A stretch of 17,846 bases of DNA from a bacterium (GTDB taxonomy: Bacteria; Bacteroidota; Ignavibacteria; UBA10030). The stretch is taken from contig JAZDJN010000037.1 in the NCBI GenBank assembly GCA_043803945.1, positions 1-17,846 on the forward strand. The letters are read 5' to 3'. The notes under the pieces were generated by a model. That model ran no database searches, was not told where the DNA came from, and saw only the letters and a program-made list of their open reading frames with translations. The position numbers and the translations under genes are program-made. Shown one piece after another: positions 7,464-16,669 of the stretch. Every line of letters begins with the position of its first letter. The first letter of the stretch is position 1.

Positions 7464-8456
7464 ATGAAAGTCTTATTTATCGGTGGCAGCGGCACCATTA
7501 GTACGGCGGTCAGTCGGCAAGCGATTGTTAAAGAGTATCAACTCTATCTGCTCAATCGCGGATTACGGTCCGAACCTCTCCCCGGTAGTCATAGCTTGAT
7601 TGCCGATATACACAAGCCAGAAGAGGTACGTTCCGTTTTACAGGACTTGAATTTTGATGTCGTCGTCGACTGGATTGCTTACACGCCGGATGATATTGAG
7701 CGCGACTTGACTCTCTTCCGAGGCCGGGTCAAGCAGTATGTATTCATTAGTTCAGCTTCAGCGTACCAGAAGCCGCTGACTCACTATATCATCACTGAGT
7801 CGACACCGCTGCACAACCCATACTGGGAGTACTCCCGCAACAAGATTGCTTGCGAAGATCGTCTTATGAGGGCGTACCGTGAAGAAGGTTTTCCTGTGAC
7901 GATCGTGCGTCCTTCCTTTACCTATGACCGGAATTTTCCGATTGCCATCGGAGGGTCGGGCTGTTACACCATCGCCGATCGTCTAAGCAACGGCCGGCCG
8001 ATCATTGTGCATGGCGACGGCTCCTCGCTATGGGTAATGACACATGCAGAAGACTTTGCGCGGGGATTCCTTGGGCTGCTGGGGAATACGCGAGCGTTGG
8101 GTCACGCCTTCCATATCACTTCCGACGAAGTACTGACGTGGAATCAGATTTATCAGACTATCGCCGAGGCATTGGGAGTCGAGGCGAAGATCGTGCATAT
8201 TTCGTCTGACTTTATTGCACAAGTGTCGCCGCAGTTAGCCGGGAATTTGCTAGGTGATAAGTCGTGGAGCGTGGTGTTTGATAACAGCAAGATTAAGACA
8301 TTTGTACCTGGCTTCCAGGCCACCATATCGTTCCGCGATGGCATCCGTCGGGCGCTGGCATGGTTTGCGGCTGACGAGCGACGTCGGCGCATCGATGAAG
8401 CGGTGCACGCGGAAATGGATCGCATTCTCGACGCTTATGCTGCAGTATCCAAGTGA
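7464..8456 (+). CDS. NAD-dependent epimerase/dehydratase family (extended/atypical SDR) protein
   Basis: MKVLFIGGSGTIS nucleotide-binding motif, FISSASAY, YSRNK (YxxxK), TIVRPSFTY, HGDG. Confidence 0.92.
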   Translation: MKVLFIGGSGTISTAVSRQAIVKEYQLYLLNRGLRSEPLPGSHSLIADIHKPEEVRSVLQDLNFDVVVDWIAYTPDDIERDLTLFRGRVKQYVFISSASAYQKPLTHYIITESTPLHNPYWEYSRNKIACEDRLMRAYREEGFPVTIVRPSFTYDRNFPIAIGGSGCYTIADRLSNGRPIIVHGDGSSLWVMTHAEDFARGFLGLLGNTRALGHAFHITSDEVLTWNQIYQTIAEALGVEAKIVHISSDFIAQVSPQLAGNLLGDKSWSVVFDNSKIKTFVPGFQATISFRDGIRRALAWFAADERRRRIDEAVHAEMDRILDAYAAVSK

Positions 8457-8461
8457 AGGTT

Positions 8462-8487
8462 GTCCAACCGCAGTGCTCATACTGAAC
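8462..8487 (+). repeat. Left half of attC-like site 6
   Basis: GTCCAAC (RYYYAAC) 5 nt after the stop codon, followed by cgcagtgctcatactgaac, similar to cagcggctcaagctgac. No right half found. Confidence 0.4.
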
Positions 8488-8581
8488 AGCAGTGAAGTAT
8501 GGTTCTTTGATCCCATGAAGATTTCACAAGGAGTGGCATAGGTCATTATCGGAGAACATCAATAGGATATGGTTTACGTTT

Positions 8582-9340
8582 CTATGTTCTCAAATATGAT
8601 GCTCCATTCACATCGATAATCGCTCCGCTCATAGCTGCAGGGGCATCTGTTGCAAGAAAGAGAATCGCTTCGGCAACTTCCTCCGGTGTCGTCATTCGTC
8701 CTAATGGACTCTGACTCTTAATATCAGCCTCCATCACAGGTGTCATTTTCATGAGTATCCGCTCTGTCGAGACGAATCCCGGAGCAAGCGCGAAGACAAA
8801 AATATTTTCAGGAGCGAGCGCTTTGGCCAGCGACTGGCTCATCGCGTTCATTCCTGCTTTGCTTGCACCATAAGCCGGTGCATCAGGTTCACCACGAAAG
8901 GCTCCGCGGGAAGAGACATTGATGATCCGGCCCCCGCCAATACTGAGCATCTGTTTGATAACCCAGAACGAAACATTGGCAGCACCGAAGAGATTTGTGC
9001 TCATCGTTTCCTGCCAGCATTTCAGCCAGGTCCCATAGTCAACCTCACGAATTGGATGGTTGAGAAAGATGCCGGCGTTATTCACAAGAACATCGATCCG
9101 CTCAAACTGCTCAAGGACCTGTTCCACTAATTTGCGCACCGACTCCGACTGACCGATATCGGCTTGAAAGCATGCATGATGTCCTTCACCAAGCGAGGCA
9201 AGTGCTGCCTCAGCAACAGACCGATCGGAATGGTAATGGAGTGCTATGCGGCCGCCCGCTGCTGCCAATCGCCGTGCAACTGCTTTTCCGATTCCACGGG
9301 AGGCACCGGTAACAAGAACTGTTTTTCCCGATAATTTCAT
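8582..9340 (-). CDS. Classical SDR family oxidoreductase (FabG-like)
   Basis: TGASRGIG, NNAG, NVSS, YGASK, PG and IDVNGA motifs. Confidence 0.95.
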   Translation of the reverse strand: MKLSGKTVLVTGASRGIGKAVARRLAAAGGRIALHYHSDRSVAEAALASLGEGHHACFQADIGQSESVRKLVEQVLEQFERIDVLVNNAGIFLNHPIREVDYGTWLKCWQETMSTNLFGAANVSFWVIKQMLSIGGGRIINVSSRGAFRGEPDAPAYGASKAGMNAMSQSLAKALAPENIFVFALAPGFVSTERILMKMTPVMEADIKSQSPLGRMTTPEEVAEAILFLATDAPAAMSGAIIDVNGASYLRT

Positions 9341-9367
9341 AGTGTGTAACTAATCACCATAGTTAGT

Positions 9368-9395
9368 ATTGTATATCATTAATCTAAAATTACAA
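9368..9395 (-). promoter_or_regulatory. Putative sigma70 promoter for the SDR gene
   Basis: Minus strand TTGTAA-16 nt-TACAAT, 27 nt upstream of the ATG. Confidence 0.45.
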
Positions 9396-9405
9396 ATGTT
9401 TAATC

Positions 9406-9478
9406 CCTGCCTGCTCGCCTATGCACTTAGTGCTTCGGCGAGCTTGCCCCCCCTACGTCGGGCAAAGCAGCAGGCAGG
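9406..9478. repeat. Branched palindromic element
   Basis: Outer arms cctgcctgct/agcaggcagg enclose gctcgcc..gcacttagtgc..ggcgagc and ttgccc..gggcaa hairpins. Confidence 0.75.
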
Positions 9479-9507
9479 CCCACGGGATTATCAATAAATA
9501 CTCATTG

Positions 9508-9751
9508 ACGTGGGGGGCTGACCAAAAAGAAAACTCGCGGACTGTCATTCCGGCAATCTTCTATCCGCCTGCCTGCCGGCCAGGCAGGGAATCCAGAAAA
9601 ATGCTTTATTAAGGCACTGGACACCGGATTAAAGTCCCGATGTACGGTTCCGCTTCACAGGAATCCCGCATTTGCGGAATCCCAAAGAACGGGAGATGCC
9701 GTAACGCGGCACATTCCGGTGTGACACATCGTTTGTTTTTGGACCCCACGT
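9508..9751. mobile_element. MITE/REPIN-like element with nested palindromes
   Basis: Outer imperfect inverted repeat acgtgggg..ccaaaaa / tttttgg..ccccacgt. Inner inverted REP-like pair tgtcattccgg...gaatccag (9543-9596) and ctggacaccgg...ccggtgtgaca (9617-9726). Confidence 0.6.
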
Positions 9752-9778
9752 TTGTATCTAAAACAAAAAAACACAATC

Positions 9779-9796
9779 GAACTCCTTACGGAGTTC
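9779..9796 (-). terminator. Possible terminator hairpin downstream of the CocE/NonD gene
   Basis: gaactcc-ttac-ggagttc stem, with a T-run a few nt downstream on the minus strand. A second hairpin cgggagt/actcccg lies at 9823-9842. Confidence 0.4.
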
Positions 9797-9852
9797 AACA
9801 TATAGAACCAGAATATTCCAGCCGGGAGTGGAGATACTCCCGAATAAAACAG

Positions 9853-11733
9853 TCAGTGTTGCTTCACAAGGACATTGATCTTTGTTGGATATACTTTCGA
9901 AAAATAGACGCGATGTGTTGCCTTCTGAAAATCCGATTGTTTCGCTGTACGAATATTAATGAATTTCTGGGGATTCCGGTCCACCAGTGGAAACCAGCTG
10001 CTCTGCACCTGCACCATAATGCGATGCCCCTTTTTGAAGGTGTGGAAGATGTCACACATCTCGAATTCCACTTTCGTCACCTTGTTTGGTATAAAGGGCT
10101 CAGGAGTGCTGAAGCTGTTCCTGAACTTTCCCCGTATAACATCGCCTCGAATGAGTTGTTGAAAACCGCTCCAGGGAACACCACTTTTTGAAACACCCGT
10201 CGAGTCGCCTGGAAACACATCGATGAGTTTTACCACCCAATCGGCGTCAGTTCCGGTTGTCGAAACGTAGAGTGTCGGTACGACTGGACCAACGAGAGTG
10301 ACATCTTCAGTAAGGAGATCTGATTTGAACACAAGAACGTCGGGGCGAGTAGATGCAAACCGCTGGTCCTCGACGAGAAAGTCGGACGAAACGCCCCATC
10401 GTATCTGTCGTGTGTGAGGCACCGGTTTCGCCGGATCGCTGACGAACTCAGCAAAGGAAGAATGAGCATCCGCCTTTGGAGTGAATCCGAGTTTTCCATC
10501 TGCCTGAAGAAACAATGAGGCTTTTACAATATCTTTGGGCGGCCATGCATCGAGCTTGTGCCAGGTATTCCGCCCGGTCTCAAAGACAATTGCTTCGGCG
10601 TTCAGCGGATCCCCTTTTCCTTTCAGGTAGTAATTGAAAAAGGGAAATTGAACATTCTCTCTAAACCAGAGTCCTGTTTTGGAAGTAAAATTAATGTCAC
10701 CCAAACTTTCCGCGTCATCCCGATTCCACTGGCCATGGCTCCAGGGCCCCATGACAAGCATATTGGTCGTTTGAGGATTGTTCTTTTCGATATACTTATA
10801 GGTCTTTAACGGCCCGAGCATATCCTCCTGGTCGTACCATCCGCCCACCGTCAGCACTGCCGGTTTAATATTGTTGAGGTGAGGGTGAACAGTCATCGAT
10901 TTCCAAAAAGTATCGAACGTCTCATGTTGCATTGCCTTATTCCAGAATGTGACACTATCATGGAAATAGAGTTTGTTTACATTGGAGAGGGGCCCTAGCT
11001 CAAGGAAAAATTTATAGACATCCGCAGTACCAGGCTTAAAAGAGACTGGATAGCGTTTGCCGATTTCCAGACGAGGCCAGCCGAAGAACATATAGAAATT
11101 GAAATTCTGTGCAAGAAAGAACGCACCATTATGATGTTCATCGTCGCCTATAAAGGGGTCGCAAATGGGAGCCTGCGGTGAAGTTGCTTTGACGGCGGGG
11201 TGCGCATCGATCGTTCCCATCGTTGTGTAGAAACCCGGATACGATATTCCGGTGATGCCAACCCGGCCATTGTTGCGTGGAATATTTTTCACCAGCCAAT
11301 CAACCGTATCGAAGGCATCCGTCGTTTCATCGATATCCCTGTTTGTTTCCTTTTCCTGTCGATACGGTCGGATGTCGACAAATTCTCCCTCGGAATAATT
11401 TCTTCCCCGGACATCCTGATAGACGAAGATGAATTTCTCTTTCGCCTCAAGTACGGAAGGAACCATCGAAGCACGCATCTGATCAGGACCATAGGGCGCG
11501 ACACTGTAGGGAGTCCGATTCAGAATAATCGGGTAATCCTGTGACGAGTCTTTTGGTGCGTAGATGGAGGTGAAGAGTCGGACACCATCGCGCATGGTAA
11601 CCAGCACTTCCTTTTTGGAGTAATTCTCTTTAATGAATGTCGGATCCTGCGCAAGAAGGATTTCGGAAAAGAGTATTGTTGCCAGAACGATGACGATGAG
11701 CCGATGAGACCTGCTTGCAACCAGTGTTGGCAT
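9853..11733 (-). CDS. CocE/NonD family hydrolase (peptidase S15 / glutaryl-7-ACA acylase-like), secreted
   Basis: Signal peptide, MRDGVRL, RTPY, QDVRGR..SEG, GISYPG nucleophile motif, GGWYDQED, MGPWSHG, C-terminal HTFKKGHRIMVQVQSSWFPLVDRNPQ. Confidence 0.95.
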   Translation of the reverse strand: MPTLVASRSHRLIVIVLATILFSEILLAQDPTFIKENYSKKEVLVTMRDGVRLFTSIYAPKDSSQDYPIILNRTPYSVAPYGPDQMRASMVPSVLEAKEKFIFVYQDVRGRNYSEGEFVDIRPYRQEKETNRDIDETTDAFDTVDWLVKNIPRNNGRVGITGISYPGFYTTMGTIDAHPAVKATSPQAPICDPFIGDDEHHNGAFFLAQNFNFYMFFGWPRLEIGKRYPVSFKPGTADVYKFFLELGPLSNVNKLYFHDSVTFWNKAMQHETFDTFWKSMTVHPHLNNIKPAVLTVGGWYDQEDMLGPLKTYKYIEKNNPQTTNMLVMGPWSHGQWNRDDAESLGDINFTSKTGLWFRENVQFPFFNYYLKGKGDPLNAEAIVFETGRNTWHKLDAWPPKDIVKASLFLQADGKLGFTPKADAHSSFAEFVSDPAKPVPHTRQIRWGVSSDFLVEDQRFASTRPDVLVFKSDLLTEDVTLVGPVVPTLYVSTTGTDADWVVKLIDVFPGDSTGVSKSGVPWSGFQQLIRGDVIRGKFRNSFSTPEPFIPNKVTKVEFEMCDIFHTFKKGHRIMVQVQSSWFPLVDRNPQKFINIRTAKQSDFQKATHRVYFSKVYPTKINVLVKQH

Positions 11734-11817
11734 AGGATTTCCTTACGTTGGAAAAGCTGGGAACAAAATTAACAGGGATCTCTGTCTCCGAACAGATAAA
11801 TCATCACTAAAGATTTT

Positions 11818-11887
11818 CTAGTGCGAAGGCGTCCCCGCTGAGCAAAATAATTTCTTTAATTCCCTCGGCGAGACGCCTTCGGGCTAG
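11818..11887. repeat. REP-like inverted repeat bounded by CTAG
   Basis: ctagtgcgaaggcgtccccgctgag / ctcggcgagacgccttcgggctag with an AT-rich spacer. Confidence 0.7.
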
Positions 11888-11982
11888 GGTTGTATTTTCT
11901 TTTTAGACAGCCTCTTGGATGTGATCAGAATCTATAATCTTACCTCAACTTAATACTACAGCAGTATATATTTGTAAAAGCA

Positions 11983-13233
11983 CTAGCGTTTATGAAAGAG
12001 GACAATGCGATTCGTATTTGTACCATGATGATTATTGTGAATGCCCCAAATATTCGATGTCTTCGTGAACTTCTGTGCATTGATGAGAATTCCCTGGCAT
12101 TCAAATCCTGCGTGAAGACCAAGCGGAACAACATGCTCGTCAAGATTAATTTTCCCTCCCTTGAGGTCGCCGACTTCAAACGCAACCCACCCTCCGGTTT
12201 TTGTGATCCGAAATAATTCTTTAAAGACGGATTCCATAATTTCACTCCAGTGTTCAACGGTCCGCGAAGCGGTGATATGTTTCCCTATCTCCTGGTCATC
12301 GATGCCATTGAACCAACATCGCAGCCAGTTATCGGTGTGGTAGGAAACGATGTTGAGAAATGGAGGCGACGTTACTGTGAGTTGAACACTTGCTTTCTTG
12401 ATGGGCGTTGTGTGACGTGCATCGAGAGTCAGGAACACGCTGTGCTCTCCGGCCCGACGGAGCGAGGTAATCTGGTGCGCAGTTAGTTTGTGAATGAGAC
12501 TTTTCGATTTCTTTAAAATTAATTCCCGCACATCCCGATATTCCGGTTTCTGTTTTAATTTCTTATTGATCTTCAATTGACGTTCGGGACTCACAGCCTG
12601 GTTGGGCGGGAGGGTATAGACGGAGAAAAATCCCTTAGAGTGACCTGTGAGACGATTTGTGGCCACCATCCGGATCCACCGGTCGATCTCATCTTCCTTT
12701 CCATTCTTTTTTCGATCGAGGAGATAGCGTTGAAGCGAAACGATCTCGGCTTCGGTTTTCTGATGATAGAACATGGAAAGATCAATCTCTGCTTTACACT
12801 TCGGATTCACCTTCAGCAATTTGAGGCGTTCCCGCACGAGGTCAAGATTCGGGATGCTGAAGCGGGGAATACTGAGAATTTCGCTGAGCGGATTGATATC
12901 ATTCGAAATAACATTCCTGTTATGCAGACCGGCTTCAATGGCCGTAGTGCCGCGGCCGCTAAAAGGATCATACACAACATCCTCCTCCTTCGTCAGCAGC
13001 GCGATAAAGAACCGGGGGAGCTCTGCTTTGAAACATGCGCGGTAGGATACTTCATGGAGCGAGGAAGCTTGTCGCTGCCTGGCGGTCCAGAATTCTCCGC
13101 TATAACGGGTGATGGCATGGTCGGCAAGTGTGATGGTGTCAACCTGGATCTGATGCTTCTTGGCAGAGGCAAACAGATCCGGATGCTCGTCGTACGTGAA
13201 CGAGTGAAGAAAATTAGCAAGAGATAATTTCAT
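11983..13233 (-). CDS. Amino (N4-C/N6-A) DNA methyltransferase, orphan
   Basis: Motif I VYDPFSGRGTT, then NDINP, then motif IV VTSPPF and ELFRITKTGG. Motif I precedes motif IV. Confidence 0.88.
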   Translation of the reverse strand: MKLSLANFLHSFTYDEHPDLFASAKKHQIQVDTITLADHAITRYSGEFWTARQRQASSLHEVSYRACFKAELPRFFIALLTKEEDVVYDPFSGRGTTAIEAGLHNRNVISNDINPLSEILSIPRFSIPNLDLVRERLKLLKVNPKCKAEIDLSMFYHQKTEAEIVSLQRYLLDRKKNGKEDEIDRWIRMVATNRLTGHSKGFFSVYTLPPNQAVSPERQLKINKKLKQKPEYRDVRELILKKSKSLIHKLTAHQITSLRRAGEHSVFLTLDARHTTPIKKASVQLTVTSPPFLNIVSYHTDNWLRCWFNGIDDQEIGKHITASRTVEHWSEIMESVFKELFRITKTGGWVAFEVGDLKGGKINLDEHVVPLGLHAGFECQGILINAQKFTKTSNIWGIHNNHHGTNTNRIVLFHKR

Positions 13234-13263
13234 GTGATTACCGATACTCCGGAAGAGTCAGAC

Positions 13264-13773
13264 TCATTTCATCACCACCAGACAGCTTGCCATGATATCA
13301 TGCAACGCCTGCTTCTTCTCGGTAAATGCTGCCATCAGATATCCGATCATGAATATCATACCGGAGAGAATCTTCCCGAAGTATCGTCCAGTGGCGCGAC
13401 CGAACGAGATTCGTCCGCCATTCATATCTGTGACGATAATTCCTAATGCCAATTTCCCAAGCGTTGCCTGCTTATTGGACGATTCCATCAACGCGAAATA
13501 GAGCCAGGTGGCTATGACGATGACCAAGATTCCGAATACGTATGATGCAATGGCGGCAATGATGAGCCCGAGACCCGCCTCGGAATCTTCGGTAATACCG
13601 ACCCCGATTCCCACTCCCAGGAGGCCAATCGCGGGAAGAATAATGATGAATGCAGCGAATCCTACAATAATGCTGTCAATAATATAGGCGACGAACCGGC
13701 GCCAAAAACCTGCATATTGCACAGGCCTCATGATGACGGGACGTTCGATGTTCGGTGATGGTATTGGTTGCAT
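13264..13773 (-). CDS. RDD family membrane protein (169 aa)
   Basis: YAGFWRRFVAYIID, QATLGK, KKQALHDIMA. ATG 13773 has AAGGAG 8 nt upstream. Confidence 0.93.
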   Translation of the reverse strand: MQPIPSPNIERPVIMRPVQYAGFWRRFVAYIIDSIIVGFAAFIIILPAIGLLGVGIGVGITEDSEAGLGLIIAAIASYVFGILVIVIATWLYFALMESSNKQATLGKLALGIIVTDMNGGRISFGRATGRYFGKILSGMIFMIGYLMAAFTEKKQALHDIMASCLVVMK

Positions 13774-13969
13774 AGGGGTCACTCCTTACTGATAATGAAC
13801 ACGATAGTGGTTTGACTGAATCAAAAGACCACAATAGATGAGATTCATCTGTCCAAAGAACTGGGTGAAATGTATCGCAAGGCTGACTGAATGTCAACCT
13901 TAAAATCAATTGAACCCGGGGAATTTCATTAGAACCCCCATTTCACCACCTCCGTCCGTTTAAGAGTCG

Positions 13970-14002
13970 ATTCCATCACATCGGGAGTGAATTCCATCAC
14001 AT
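13970..14002. promoter_or_regulatory. 12-bp direct repeat ATTCCATCACAT with 21-bp period, putative regulator binding site
   Basis: Exact copies at 13970-13981 and 13991-14002 in the divergent intergenic region. Confidence 0.5.
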
Positions 14003-14135
14003 TTTCACAACCAACTGCAGCTTGCGGCGTCCAATGGTAAAGAAGTTCATCCGATACGATACAGGTTCCCTTGAACCTGAACAAGTTTTCTAAAGCAACA
14101 TTAATTGTCCCCGCATCAAACTTTTGGAGGCACCT

Positions 14136-14543
14136 ATGAAAACCTCATTGCATATCGTCCTGATCCTCGCTTTGATTCTTGGATTGACTTCCTCTGTTCT
14201 GGCGGGAGCAACCCCGGATCGGCGAGCACCGAAATTTCTCCCAAATCGAGAACTCATCGAAAAGAATTTGATAATCGCAATCAACTCGGATAATATAGGA
14301 TTGCAGACCAGTGCTGCCGGAATGCTCGGCGACATTCAGTGTGAACAGGCGGTCATGCCTCTCATGCGCATCCTGAAAAATTCGGAGAGTGAACGAGCCC
14401 GTATGGCAGCAGCCATTGCACTCTATAAGATTGCCGATGCACGCGGAATTTTTACAATCAAACAAGCCATCCGGTTTGATGATAGTGAGAAAGTTCGAAA
14501 AGTGTGTACACAACTCTATTCACTAGCCCTTTCCGACAAATAG
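14136..14543 (+). CDS. Secreted HEAT-repeat-like protein (135 aa)
   Basis: GGAGG RBS at 14126, then ATG 14136. Signal peptide ending VLA. SAAGMLGDI..AVMPLMRIL..RMAAAIALYKIAD follows the HEAT_PBS pattern. Confidence 0.82.
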   Translation: MKTSLHIVLILALILGLTSSVLAGATPDRRAPKFLPNRELIEKNLIIAINSDNIGLQTSAAGMLGDIQCEQAVMPLMRILKNSESERARMAAAIALYKIADARGIFTIKQAIRFDDSEKVRKVCTQLYSLALSDK

Positions 14544-14575
14544 CTTGGTGAGAGCTCGAAAGGGCATGTGGGAGA

Positions 14576-14616
14576 AAAGTCCCGATGAAACAACAGGCAT
14601 CGGGACTTTCATTTTT
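14576..14616. terminator. Bidirectional intrinsic terminator between convergent genes
   Basis: 12-bp stem aaagtcccgatg/catcgggacttt with T-rich tails on both strands. Confidence 0.7.
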
Positions 14617-16637
14617 TATCTTGTGTTTTCCTCTATCCAATCCAGAACCGTCCTATACCACAACTCCGCATTTGCAGGTTTCGCTACGAAATGCCCCTCA
14701 TCCGGAAAATAGAGCATCTTCGATTTGACACCCTGTCGCTGTAAGGCAGTAAACATTTGAAATCCTTCGCTGACATCGAGGCGGTAGTCCAACTGGCCAT
14801 GAATCACAAGTGTGGGAGTTTTAAAATTCTTCACAAAGCGATGGGGAGACCATTTCGCGTAGAGCTGCGGAGCCTTGTAGGGTGTTCCCTTGAACTCCCA
14901 TTCAGGGAACCAGAGCTCTTCCGTCGTACCGTACATACTTTCCATATTGAATGTCCCATCATGTGAAACGAGGCAGCGAAAGCGATCGGTGTGGCCTGCG
15001 ATCCAGTTTATCATATAGCCGCCATAGGATGCGCCGGCTGCTGCCACGCGCTTGCCATCGATGAACGGACACGACTTCAATACATAGTCAAGTCCTTTCA
15101 TCAAATCTTCATACACCTTCCCTCCCCAATCACCGCTGATCTCATCGGTAAATTTTTGCCCATACCCTGTGCTCCCGCGGGGATTGATGAGCACAACCAC
15201 ATTCCCCCGTGAGGCAAACATCTGTGCATTCCATCGGTAGTGAAATTGATCTCCCCATTGTCCCTGCGGCCCTCCATGGATCAGGAAAACCATCGAGTAT
15301 TTTCTGGAGGGATCAAACGTAGAAGGCTTCACTAAAAAGCCATGAACCTTTGTCTTCGCGGCGCCTTCAAACCAGAAATCTTCTTTTGCATTCATCGTAA
15401 GGCCTGCGAGCTTTGCAGTATTGACCGAGGTGAGCCGCCGGAGGTTCTTTCCGTCACTATCCACTCGATACACTTCGGCCGGTTCGCTGATCGACTCCTT
15501 CAACAATACGATGAATTTTCCATCCGGTGAGACGTGGAAGGAATGATTGTAACCTTTCGAAAGGATCGGTTCACATTGCTTCGTCGCGATCGTGTATTTA
15601 AAAATCGATTCATTACTCTTGTCATCAGTATTAAAATAGAGCGCACTGCCGCCGGGATGCCACGCCACCTCGTTAACACTCAGGTCTATCTTCTCGGTCA
15701 GATTCGTCATAGATGATGCCGTACGATCGAACAGAACGAGGTGCTTCCGATCAGCTTCAAAGCCGGCCCTCTTCATCTGCGTGAAAGCAAGAAACTTCCC
15801 ATCAGGAGAATAGAGAGGCTGGGCATCGCATCCCGGATTGTTTGTTATCCTTCTGATTTCTCCGCCCGTCACCGGTACCACAAAGATTTCATTATTGGTG
15901 CTGTAAGCAATATTCTTATCGGGATTCCTGACAAAGGCGATCTCCCGGCTATCAGTAGAGAAAGCGTAATCCCAGGTGCCGCTCAGATCGATCGGCGGCG
16001 TATCGTACTCACCCGGTGTGAGATCACGTGCAACGCTTCCCGAAGATGATATGACAAAGAGGTGGTTCCGTTTTCCATCCTTCCAATAATTCCATACACG
16101 ATAAGGAAGTTTGTCGAAGATTTTCGCCTTCACTGTGCTTTTCTCCGCTGCTTCGGCCATTTGCTGATTCGCTGCATCGTCAGCACACTGAGGATAGACC
16201 TCAGAGTTGAAGGCTAACCACTTGCCATCGGGAGAAACCACGAGGCCAGAGGCACCGGTTGAGATGGTCGAGATTTTCTTCGCTTCTCCCCCTTCGACCG
16301 ATGTCAGCCAGATCTGTGACTCGCCATCGCGCGTGGAAAGAAAGGCAAGGGACGTTCCATCCGGCATCCAGCGTGGAGAATTATTTGCGCCTTTCGCGTT
16401 TGTCACTTGACGTGCTTCTCCACCATCGCTTGGGATGAGATAAATATTGCTGTTGGTCTTGTTCTCCACTTTAGAATGAGAGGTGATGACAAACGCAACC
16501 CGTTTTCCATCTGGAGAGAGTTGAGGATCGGTCACGCGTCCCAGCGTGATGAATCCATCAAACGTTAAAGCCTTTTTCGATTGGGCAGAGATGATGAACG
16601 AGATAGAGAGTACCAGGAACAGAATTCGTTTCAACAT
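14616..16637 (-). CDS. S9 family serine peptidase (dipeptidyl-peptidase 5-like, 673 aa)
   Basis: GGAGG RBS then ATG 16637. Signal peptide, TolB/WD40-like SPDG repeats, IHGGPQ, NPRGSTGYG, GASYGG, IHGQLDYR, FPDEGH. Confidence 0.95.
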   Translation of the reverse strand: MLKRILFLVLSISFIISAQSKKALTFDGFITLGRVTDPQLSPDGKRVAFVITSHSKVENKTNSNIYLIPSDGGEARQVTNAKGANNSPRWMPDGTSLAFLSTRDGESQIWLTSVEGGEAKKISTISTGASGLVVSPDGKWLAFNSEVYPQCADDAANQQMAEAAEKSTVKAKIFDKLPYRVWNYWKDGKRNHLFVISSSGSVARDLTPGEYDTPPIDLSGTWDYAFSTDSREIAFVRNPDKNIAYSTNNEIFVVPVTGGEIRRITNNPGCDAQPLYSPDGKFLAFTQMKRAGFEADRKHLVLFDRTASSMTNLTEKIDLSVNEVAWHPGGSALYFNTDDKSNESIFKYTIATKQCEPILSKGYNHSFHVSPDGKFIVLLKESISEPAEVYRVDSDGKNLRRLTSVNTAKLAGLTMNAKEDFWFEGAAKTKVHGFLVKPSTFDPSRKYSMVFLIHGGPQGQWGDQFHYRWNAQMFASRGNVVVLINPRGSTGYGQKFTDEISGDWGGKVYEDLMKGLDYVLKSCPFIDGKRVAAAGASYGGYMINWIAGHTDRFRCLVSHDGTFNMESMYGTTEELWFPEWEFKGTPYKAPQLYAKWSPHRFVKNFKTPTLVIHGQLDYRLDVSEGFQMFTALQRQGVKSKMLYFPDEGHFVAKPANAELWYRTVLDWIEENTR

Positions 16638-16669
16638 AAGTGAAATCCTCCAGCGATGACAATGAGTAT

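Larger units (their letters stand above)
80..8490 (+). mobile_element. Integron-like gene cassette array (attC cluster, no integrase in window), progressively degenerate toward the right
   Basis: Related attC-like sites at 80-316, 2660-2906, 5044-5314, 6518-6726, 7252-~7397 and a left half-site at 8462. Each separates one unrelated ORF, and the core and inverse-core sites flanking a given ORF are complementary. Confidence 0.75.

Noticed and set aside
9406-9478. tRNA-like cloverleaf
   Set aside because: About 73 nt but only two internal arms, no TTC T-loop or D-loop consensus, and the outer arms belong to the CCTGCCTG repeat family.
9421-10191. Plus-strand ORFs 9421-9612 and 9640-10191
   Set aside because: They run through palindromic repeats or are antisense to the CocE gene, with no RBS or domain support.
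12577-13227. 216-aa plus-strand ORF as a possible restriction endonuclease partner
   Set aside because: Fully antisense to the methyltransferase, with no nuclease motif.
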